Source: Octopus vulgaris (lineage: Eukaryota). From it: 64,000 nt of DNA. A program made the translations under genes and the position numbers. Of this stretch, positions 54,150 through 64,000 are shown piece by piece (the first letter of the stretch is position 1; every line of letters begins with the position of its first letter). The DNA lies in contig OX597829.1 in NCBI GenBank assembly GCA_951406725.2, positions 39,804,001-39,868,000 on the forward strand. The letters are read 5' to 3'. The notes under the pieces were generated by a model. That model saw nothing but the letters and a program-made list of their open reading frames with translations, did no database searches and was not told the origin of the DNA.

Positions 54150-56669
54150 TACATGTATCTTCTCCATCAGCCTCCGTCTGTCGTGATGATGGAGATTTAT
54201 TTTCTTTCTCTTCAGAGTTCGCATTATCCTATCAGCCGTTATGTGGTTACCGTATAAGCAGGTATATCTTGAAGGCAAAAGTCTTTACTGCAGGCGAAGA
54301 CAGATTTGTCCTGTCTATTTGATGTCTTTCAACATTGTCTCTTTAGTACCCAATTGGTGCATATGCGCGCGCACGTGTATTTGCATGTATTTATGTGTGT
54401 GTATACGATCGTGCAATCATGCAGGATGTGCGATAAGGTTGGCGAGGTCGACTTTGCCTTTCATCCTTTCGGGGTCGATAAATTAAGTACCAGTTACGCA
54501 CTGGGGTCGATGGAATCGACTTAATCCGTTTGTCCCCTCTATGTTTAGCCCCTTGTGGGCAATAAAGAAACAGATAAGGTTTTCCTGTCATAAAGCTGCC
54601 ATAAATTCTAACTGGTACTATCCACCTATTCAGGCTGTCAAAGAACTATGAGGAGTCTGCAATTGGCATCACGCAACATTTTATTGTCTTACATAGTCAC
54701 AAGCTCTATGTTTTCTGTCACTACAGGTCATTCCTTACGCACCACCATAACCTTTTAGTCTTTAGACTGGTCATACCCCGCTAAAATATTCTACTTGTTT
54801 TATGTTCAAACCGGCCAAATCAGGCCTTCGAATTTTTTTCCCCACAAGACGTCCGGGCCCCAGTAATAAGCTCATTTGCACACAGCCAACCAGAGTTCAC
54901 CTTGACCTTGTTGTCAAGCTAACAAAAGCTGGCATTCAAAATGGCGACTTCAGATTGCCATGCGAATCTTGTGCTCTCATTCAGATGCCAATATCATCGA
55001 TACCGAACACATACGGTGGTTAGCTGTTAGTTTGGATTATTATAGCAATCAAAGATTATGTTTTTGACAAATATGAAGGTACGGAAACTGCTTGAAGTTT
55101 TTATAGATACACATTGATTCATTGATACGAGTTATGGACGTATGTGTATGGTTAATGTATCTTTGGCTATCTGAGTCCCACATGTGCACATGAGTTTTAT
55201 TCTTTTTTTACTCTAAGCACAAAGTCCGAAATTTTGGGGGAAGGGGGCCCAGTCGATTTGATCGACCCCAGTACGCAACTGGTACTTAATTTATCGACCC
55301 AGAAAAGATGAAAGGAAAAGTTGACCTCGGCGGAATTTGAACTCAGAACGTACAGGCACACGAAATACATCTAAGCATTTCGCCCGGCGTGCTAACGTTT
55401 CTGCCAGCTCGCTGCCTTAACAAGTTTAATTCATTTTATGAGCTTTTGAACAAAAACAAAAAGTCACGAAAATGTGTGAATACTATTATTATATTATTAG
55501 TAGTAATTATAGATCTATTATAATTAGTGTATTTAATTCTGTGACACTAGTCTATAGAGCTCCGATTGGCTGCATGCAAATGAGTTCATAATAGGGGTCC
55601 GGAACTTTCGTAGGAAAAAAAAATTTCGATTCCGGTCCCTCGTACTAAAATGTCATTCTATAAATGAACAATAATATAATAGAAATCTACAGTTGACAGA
55701 ACAATCTGAATGTTAAAGTTTAAATTTGTGCAATGCCTGTCTGTGCTATCACACAAACACCATCACAAAACGTCATGAACTCGTGGTGCCACATCCTAGA
55801 CAACTGACCACTAGAGTATAATCTGCCACGAACAACACACGACTCCACATCACAGCCAGTTTATCCTACCAACCCAGCCTCACAAAAAGGAATACAAAAA
55901 ATGGGACAAGAACGCAAAACATCCAGATAGCTAGATGATACAAAAAAAGGGACAACAAAACATCGAGACAGATGATACAAAAGAGGGACAAGAAAAAACA
56001 CGGACGGATCATTCGAAGTTTTCTTTCCTCAGTGGCTATACTCGAGATTGCTCCAATCTGGCCAGCCCCAAGGAAAATCTAAGGTAAGAGCATTAGATTC
56101 CTTGGAAGAGAGCAGCGAATGTATACGAAAATAAGGACGGAAAAAAGACGGAGAAATGGTACACAAATACAAATGCAAATAACAGGACCTAACAACAGGT
56201 GTCTTTCGACTAAGGACAAATTAAATTAAGCTGGCGTGTGTGAAAGTGAAACCTTACGGTAGGAACATAAGAGATGACAGGCATGGGGAGGAATATAGAC
56301 CTTGTACGGATGGTAGTCGAACCAAGAAAGAAAGGTCAGGCTTGGGTGAACACCAGTCACATGGAAGGAGAGAAAAGAGGTAAAGGCAAAGGGACAGAAG
56401 AATTAGGGAGGTACGAGAAAAAAAAGGGAGAGAGTGTACCTTGGAGTGTTTAGGTAAAATGTAAAAATGGAAACAGCTCGGACATAAGTTTAAATATTTT
56501 TAAAACATTTTTTCTTTTAATCAGACCACTCAGTGTAAATTTTTATCCTGTCCTATTAAACGGAAACAAATAAAAAAATAATCTTTAAAAATATGTCCAT
56601 GCTGTTTCCACTCTTACTTTTTAACCATAACCTTTGATTTGTATGCATTCTTAACCCCTTTCCAGCTAT

Positions 56670-56974
56670 ATGTTGTTTGTTCCTTCTCGAGCCATGCCTG
56701 GCTCATAAGGGCCGGTTTCCCGGTTTCCTTGGCGTATAGGTTCCCCACCTGGACGGGACGCTGGTCCGTCGCAGGTGAGCTGCAAGATGCAGGAGGAAAG
56801 ACTGAACGTTGTGGTGAAAGAGTCAGCAGAAGTTTCGGCATTACCTTCTGCCGGAGCCGCGTGGAGCTTAGGTGTTTCGCTCATAAACACACACATCGCC
56901 CGGTCTGAGATTCGAACCCGCGATCCCTCGACCGCGAGTCCACTGCTCTAACCACTAGGCCATGTGCCTCCACT
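56670..56974 (-). mobile_element. SINE family D
   Basis: rc head GGAGGCACATGGCCTAGTGGTTAGAGC...GGTTCGAATCTC. Body homologous to 4658-4967. Confidence 0.88.
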
Positions 56975-57145
56975 CCAGCTATATGTGTATATGTCTGAGA
57001 GTGTGTGTGTGTGCGCGTGCGTGTGTGCGTGCGTGCGTGCTTGCGTGTGTGTGTGTGTGTGTGTACATGCATGCTGCTAGCTATTAAAGCATTCAATCAT
57101 AGTGAGACATAAACTACTGATATTCATAAACTATTATGAATCATA

Positions 57146-57385
57146 TATTTCTTTACTACCCACAAGGGGCTAAACACAGAGGAGACAAACAAGGACAGAC
57201 AAAGGGATTGAGTCGATTACATCGACCCCAGTGCGTAACTGGTACTTAATTTATCGACCCCGAAAGGATGAAAGACTTTAGATGAAAGTCGACTTCGGCG
57301 GAATTTGAACTCGGAACGTAACGACAGACGAAATACGGCTACGCATTTCGCCCGGCGTGCTAACGGTTCTGCCAGCTCGCCGCCC
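57146..57385 (-). mobile_element. SINE family B with TSD
   Basis: TSD CTATTATGAATCATA. Another copy at 57728-57957 (-). Confidence 0.93.
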
Positions 57386-58083
57386 TGCTATTATGAATCA
57401 TAATCTATTAAAAACTCTAAGCGCCGCATTAGGGTGAGAATTCCACCCACTCTCAAAAACAAAAACAAAAACAAACAAACAAAATGCAACAACAAACAAA
57501 CGAACAAATAACAAAAAAACAAAAAAAAGCAATGACGAGGGTGTACCACACCGCCTCTGCGCCATCGAATAACACCATGCTGTAATGCGTAATTGTCAAA
57601 AGCTTTGAACGGCTTATGATGGTTAATTTACGCTATGTGTCATATATGACCGCGGGATATGATTATAACAAAACAACGAACAATTAAAAAGCGTTGCTCA
57701 TAGTACAATACTATAGCGCTTATTTACCTATTTCTTTATTACCCACAAGGGTCTAAACACAGAGGGAACAAACAAGGACAGACATAGGTATTAAGTCGAT
57801 TGCATCGACCCCAGTGCGTAACTGGTACTTATTTTATCGACCCCGAAAGGATGAAAGGCAAAGTCGACCTCGGCGGAATTTGAACTCACAACGTAACGCA
57901 GACGAAATACCGCAAAGCATTTCGCCCGGCGTGCTAACGTTTCTGCCAGCTCGCCGACCGACATTAAGGACGTTGCCAGCTCGTTTCTACCCATATTTCA
58001 TTGTATTTATTCTGTTATTCTATTCTGTATATTGTTTCAGTTCAGTTGATCATCTTGCATCTTATGTCTATGCTGGAAAATGC

Positions 58084-58138
<55 letters not shown>

Positions 58139-58562
58139 TCGCCAGTACAGTCCAGGGGTTCCGCAAGAAGTTACAAAAATGCTAAAATCGACAGTAATTT
58201 TAAATTCTCCTGTGCAGATATGTGTGCATAAGACAATTAAATTACTGCACAGGGGTTCCTCGAGCCAGTGAAATGTTTCCTTGGGGTTCCGCTCCAGTAA
58301 AAAGGCTGAAAAGCACTGCTTTAGGGTTATGGTGTAGGTTTACGGTGAGTATTAGAATTTACGTTTAGGGTTTAGATTCAATGAAAAAGAGGTGTTTATG
58401 TAGGTAGGATCAGATGTAGTATTGATTAAGTGTCGCTGATTTTGCAACAAGAAAAAAAATGCTAGTTCTCAACTAAATCTCTCAACTACTGCGTTGATCT
58501 CTGTGTGTGTTGTCATTGTTTAAATTGCTTATTGTTTTCTTTTTTTTATTTCATTTACTATC

Positions 58563-58733
58563 AGGCACAGGAGTGGCTGTGTGGTAAGTAGCTTGCTTAC
58601 CAACCACATGGTTCTGGGTTCAGTCCCACGGCGTGGCAATCGGGCAAGTGTATTCTACTATAGCTTCGGGCCGACTAAAGCCTTGTGAGTTCATTTGGTA
58701 GACGTAAACTGAAAGAAGCCCGTCGTATATATA

Positions 58734-58792
<59 letters not shown>

Positions 58793-58971
58793 GTGTCTGT
58801 GTTTGTCCCCCCAACATCGCTTGACAACCAATGCTGGTGTGTTTACGTCCCCGTAACTTAGCAGTTCGGCAAAAGAGACCGATAGAATAAGTACTAGGCT
58901 TACAAAGAATAAGCAATGGGGCCGATTTGCTCGACTAAAGACGGTGTTCCAGCATGTTCCAGTAAAAGAGT
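58563..58971 (+). mobile_element. SINE family A, full length
   Basis: Consensus match. Confidence 0.92.
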
Positions 58972-59249
58972 ATGACTTCTTCCTCTATATTATTACTTCC
59001 CTGGGAAAGATTTTGATCAGTCTCTTTGGTTCATCTGGTTTATTGTTTTAAAATTACTTTTCGTTCTGGTTCAAGATGAAAATTTAGTCAGGTTTCGAGA
59101 AACTTATTTTTTTTCCTTTTTGCGGGAAGATTTTTGTAAACTGTATTTTCTGAATCTGAGGGTGGATCATTGAATAGTGAGGAGGACACTGCCGTCCAGT
59201 GTACCCCTTTAGCGACAAGTAAAAACTATAACCAATAAAAAATAAATAT

Positions 59250-60091
59250 GCTATTATCGATTCCTTTCAATTGGCAGCATCGTCTTCTCAGGTCTCTCTA
59301 ATTCTTTCCTAAAACATTTCAGGTGATAACTTCAACGTTTCATTCAGAATTTCAATGGTCTTCTGAAAGTCGCTCTAAAACATTTCTTATTTCACGAAAG
59401 CTTTTAAATTAAGATCTTTATCGTTAAAATCCAGAGGAACCTCTTCAGATTCTTTTAGCTCATTTCAGATTTCGTGGTTAAGAGTCACGTTATCCGTGAG
59501 CAATAAAACCTAAGTATCACAAATATCGACTTCTTCCGATCCCATTTCTTTCATCCTTTTGTACAAAGCTACCGAAATTCTGCTGTCATGTATTTTACGG
59601 CCTTGATAAACTACATTTTGTTCTTACGCATGTATGCTTAGTTTCTCCCTAGGCAGTCTTCTTATTTATTTATTTTGCTTACAGGGGTATCTGTATGGTA
59701 AGAATCTTGCTTTGGCGGCAAAGCTGGCAGAAACGTTAACACGCCGGGCGAAATGCTTTGTAGTAGTTCGCCCGGCGCTGCGTTCTGAGTTCAAATTCCG
59801 CCGAGGTCGACTTTGCCTTTCATCCTTTCGGGGTCGATAAATCAAGCACCAGTTACGCATTGGGGTCGATGTAATCGACTTAATCCGTTTGTCTGTCCTT
59901 GTTTATCCTCTCTGTGTTTAGCCCCTTGTGGGCAATAAAGAAATAAGAATCTTGCTTTCCAGCCACATGGTTCAAGGTTCAGTCCCATTGCTTGGAACCT
60001 TGGGCAAGTGTCTTCTTTTAAAGCCTCGAGTTGACCAAAGCCTTGTGAATAGGATTTGGTAGACGGAAAATGAAAGAAGCCCGTCATGTGA

Positions 60092-60132
<41 letters not shown>

Positions 60133-60990
60133 TGTGTGTGTGTCTGTGTTTGTTCCTAACCCTCCACCACTGGACAACTGGTGTTGGCGTGTTTCTGTCC
60201 CCTTAAATTATGGGTTCGGCAAAAGATACCGATACCGAGCTTTTAAAAGTACCAGGCTTTTAAAGATAAGTACTGGGATCGATACATTCGACTAAAAAAA
60301 AAAAAAAAAATTTTTCATGGCCGTGCCCCAGAATGGTCACAGCCCAATAACTGAAACAGTTAAAAGATAAAAGAAAGATAATGGAATATTCATAGAATTA
60401 TTTTTTTAGATGTTCGGTGAATATCTTCTGTCGCTGAAAACAACTGACTGAAAGGTCTTAACATAGCACGCCTTAAAAGCGGAAATAACTCCCTGTTCAA
60501 TGAATTGTTTTAGTGATGTGGTGAAATAACTTTAAAAGATCAGCAGTTCCAAAGTTAATCGTGATTTGAAGGATGACCAGGGGCAATGTCAAAATGCAGA
60601 AGTATTTAAACATTTCATGGCACCAAAAGTTTGAGTAAACCATTTCTTGTGTAAGCCGGACTTTGTAGTAGATTCCTATATAAAAAAAAAAACAGACTAG
60701 ATTTGACGTGACCGTTAACAACTCTTGAAATATCTGGATGATATACAAGAAATAGCTTAAGTTCCATACCTTTAGCGAGTATTTGTGAGATGCTCTTTTA
60801 CTGCTTTCTACGATTGTAACTTTTCCCGTTCTTTTGAAATAAACAGTTTTAAGGAATAAACATGTCTAAAATAACTCTCATTAAAAACTAGATTTAGTAG
60901 ATATTTACTGATTTCCGTTCAAATGTACTGAAAATTCTGATGTAGTCTGGATGTCAGCACTTGCTCACTCACCTGCTGTCTAAATACTAC

Positions 60991-61027
<37 letters not shown>

Positions 61028-61140
61028 ATTTTTATTTTGTTTTGTTTTTCAACTTTTCGAAACAACCTCGAGCCTCAACAAACGTTTGAGTGCTTTGCTC
61101 AGCTTCTTCTTGTATCAACTGATTTAAACGCTTTTTACAG
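59250..61140 (-). pseudogene. Decayed pogo/Tigger transposase interrupted by SINEs
   Basis: rc translation gives FVEARGCFEKLK, GE*ASAD, LVFN, FISKE..KAVKEHLT, LKLFLVYH, ILLHFDIAPGHP and EQGVISAFKACY. Confidence 0.75.
59680..60380 (+). mobile_element. SINE A with SINE B (59714-59943) inserted in its head
   Basis: 15-bp TSD TAAGAATCTTGCTTT at 59699-59713 and 59944-59958. Confidence 0.9.
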
Positions 61141-61938
61141 CATAATGACGTCGTAACGTATCATTCACAAGAAACATTTACTAACTTTTTCTCATATTTT
61201 ACTGCTTGTGCGTGTTTGTGTCGAAAACATTAGGCTCGCTTGAATTTTACATAGAAAATTAATTTTATCAGGCTGATACAATTATGGTTTTTGAAATCGA
61301 TAGTGCGTGTCATAATCATTTTGTAACTGCAATCTTTCTGTTTCTCCTATTTCAAACTATTTTTACAATTTTTAATTTTGTGTTTAGCGATACTTCCTTA
61401 CGCTCGCATGACATGACCGGATAAAAGAGGTACTGAAGTAATTAAAAATTACTGTTCTCTAAGAAATTATAAAATTACCACACAAGTCGTGTGATGTTGG
61501 AGAGGTAAGCACTTCAAATCTCAAAACTAGGCCAACTATAACCGAAGGTCAGCTTTTACTTGTTTATTAATTAATTAATTTGTTTGTTTATTTATTTATC
61601 TATCGATTTATTTCATTTTGTGCGTGCTTAATAAAGCAACGATATGGTTCTTTATAAGGAGCGACAACGTTTTTGCTCCTTAATTCTGGACGATAATTTC
61701 CTGCAAAATTACGCTACGCTATAACGAAGATTCTTACTCAGAGGAAATGCAAAAGAAGAGATAGAAGTTTGAGCGTGCGTGCGTGCGTGCGTACGTCTGT
61801 GTGTGTGTGTGTGTGTATGTGTGTGTGTGTACATATGCGTATCCATGCAAAACACATACACACTTACGCACTTAAACACATTTATGCATATACATGCGCA
61901 TATATTCATACATATACAGGTGTGTGTGAGAGAGAGAG

Positions 61939-61995
<57 letters not shown>

Positions 61996-62101
61996 CAGAG
62001 CGTACTCTTCATTATGCCAGTGTTTATTTTGCATTGCTGCTCCAGCATGGCTGATGTCCGGTAACTGAAACCACTAATGGAAGAACTCTATCTATCTATC
62101 C

Positions 62102-62191
<90 letters not shown>

Positions 62192-62421
62192 GGAACAGTG
62201 ACACTCTGGAATGCCAACTGATCACGCGCCATTTCTGTTTGACTAGCCATTCTCTGAAACATCTGTCTGGCCTTGCACAGAAGCCACCTGGTAGCCTCTC
62301 TCCGTCTGGAGCAGTAATTAATTTTCCCTCTTCATACTTCAGTCACTCACGGTCCCAATTCTCCATCTCTTTCATAAACACATTTACACAGACACAGACA
62401 CACACAGACACAGACACACAG

Positions 62422-62492
<71 letters not shown>

Positions 62493-63039
62493 AACTACTT
62501 CTTACACTGTTCCATCAACTTCTACTTAACATACACCTGCGCTACACCTTAACTCATTAATCAATACCGTAAATACCATTTACTTTCAAGCAACATATAT
62601 ACATACCCTTACAAACGTACACACACTAACACCTTTCTATTTCACACATACAAGCCCCCACACACTTCCATACCCATCTTCACACTTATAGTAGCAAACA
62701 CATACCACACATTTCCCAACATCTACAACTTATGTCACCTCCAGTCGAAGTGACACCATCCAGTATGGCATACATATATACACACGCAAAAAAAAACAAG
62801 AAAACAGCATGCGCACACACACACACACACATACACACTCACATACGCATACGTACAAACACAGAGTATCCACGCACACGTAAGTTTCGGGCACACGCAC
62901 ACACATATCTCAGGTTCCCAATTCACAACCTTTCCACCCACACCTCTGTCCCTCAGACCATTCACGCTTCTAATAACCTCTTTATTTTCCGGTCATTTCA
63001 GCATGCAGTAGCCGTCTAACCGAGACAAGTTTCTTATTT

Positions 63040-63200
63040 TCTCTCCCCATTATTGCTTTCTCTCCACGTCTTTTCTTTCTGAGAAAGAGCATATGCTCGA
63101 AGCGTAAAAGATTTTCCTTCTATATTTCCACAGTGTAAACCTTATACGATCTTTTCTGTTTTTTTTTTACTTCACCTTTATGTCTCTTTCTAGCTTTGTA
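63040..63200 (+). mobile_element. Old HHR-bearing pLTR-like element
   Basis: TCTTT-CTGAGAA-A-GAGC/ATAT/GCTC-GAAG-CG-TA-AAAGA at 63074-63111 (damaged core). Confidence 0.55.
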
Positions 63201-63467
63201 CATGATTTATGTATGTTTGTGTGTATAAGACTGTGTGTGTCGGGGGGGGGGGGGCAGTGAATGTTTGCGTACCTTCTGATCTTTTAACCCCGTCATTAAG
63301 TTATTTCGTGAGAAAGTGATCTGTTGTAAGAGAATTATTGACTTAAATATATTTCCTCGCTCTCTCTCTCTCTCTTTCGCTCGCTATCTCGTTTTCCCCA
63401 TCCGCTCCCCTTTCGCTCTATCTCTATCTCTGTTTATCCCGCAATCTTTCCCACTGTCTCTCTCTCC

Positions 63468-63503
<36 letters not shown>

Positions 63504-63733
63504 ATTGATATCTATTGTCGGCAATCTCTCTCGCTTGTCACTGCAATTCAGAAAACACACACTGCTTATACAAAATCTTCCACCATCTCAGCAGTTGCCT
63601 CGTTTTGCTCTTTCTACCTTATTGTAAAAAAAATACTTCGCTGTTAAAAAAAACAAATATACAAAACAAAACAAAGCAAAAAAACGACAGCATATTAAAT
63701 AAATATAACAAAACTGAATAGTGAGTGAGAGAG

Positions 63734-63782
<49 letters not shown>

Positions 63783-63900
63783 GAGAGAGAGAGAGGTGGG
63801 GGCATAGTTGCGTATTCGTCTCCCATGACTCTATCTGTTCCATATACAAACTTAATCTATGAATGAACTTTAACGATTCGTACTTTGCAAGACGTTGTCA

Positions 63901-63992
63901 AGGCGCAGGATTGGCTGTGTGGTAAGTAGCTTGCTTACCAACCACATGGTTCCGGGTTCAGTCCCACTGTGTGCACATTGGGCAGCTGTCTA
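63901..63992 (+). mobile_element. SINE family A head
   Basis: GGCGCAGGATTGGCTGTGTGGTAAG...GGTTCAGTCCC. Confidence 0.88.
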
Positions 63993-64000
63993 ATAATATA

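Noticed and set aside
55555-55590. Adjacent ATTGG and octamer ATGCAAAT motifs
   Set aside because: No histone or snRNA gene nearby; cannot be supported from sequence alone.
55995-56045. Minus-strand CTGAGGA...GAATGATC as a possible hammerhead
   Set aside because: Lacks GAAA with a paired stem III and a convincing stem I. The region looks pLTR-like but the motif is unsupported.

Overview
AT-rich eukaryotic, repeat-dense window with no recognisable intact host gene. The SINE families and microsatellite load look like an octopus (coleoid cephalopod) genome; this is inferred from recalled repeat families and was not searched. Almost all listed ORFs are microsatellite translations. The window holds four or more tRNA-derived SINE families in about 40 copies, non-autonomous Helitrons, hAT and mariner MITEs, and fossil Tc1, mariner and pogo/Tigger transposases. 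It also holds 3' fragments of CR1-, RTE- and R4/Dong-type LINEs and several Penelope-like element (PLE) remnants with RT YLDD and GIY-YIG motifs. The main unexpected signal is about 14 minimal type-I hammerhead-ribozyme (HHR)-like motifs from at least six sequence families. Most lie in short PLE pseudo-LTR-like units lodged in (TA)n tracts. They include U3-A8 compensated cores, recurrent non-canonical cores (CCGACGA, CUGUUGA) and a long-stem-II form with a compensatory change. There is also a ~1 kb-arm inverted duplication with a near-identical ~200 bp core (34.7-37.3 kb) and a nested palindrome/duplication complex (26.1-29.0 kb). Element boundaries are approximate unless a TSD or terminus is quoted.
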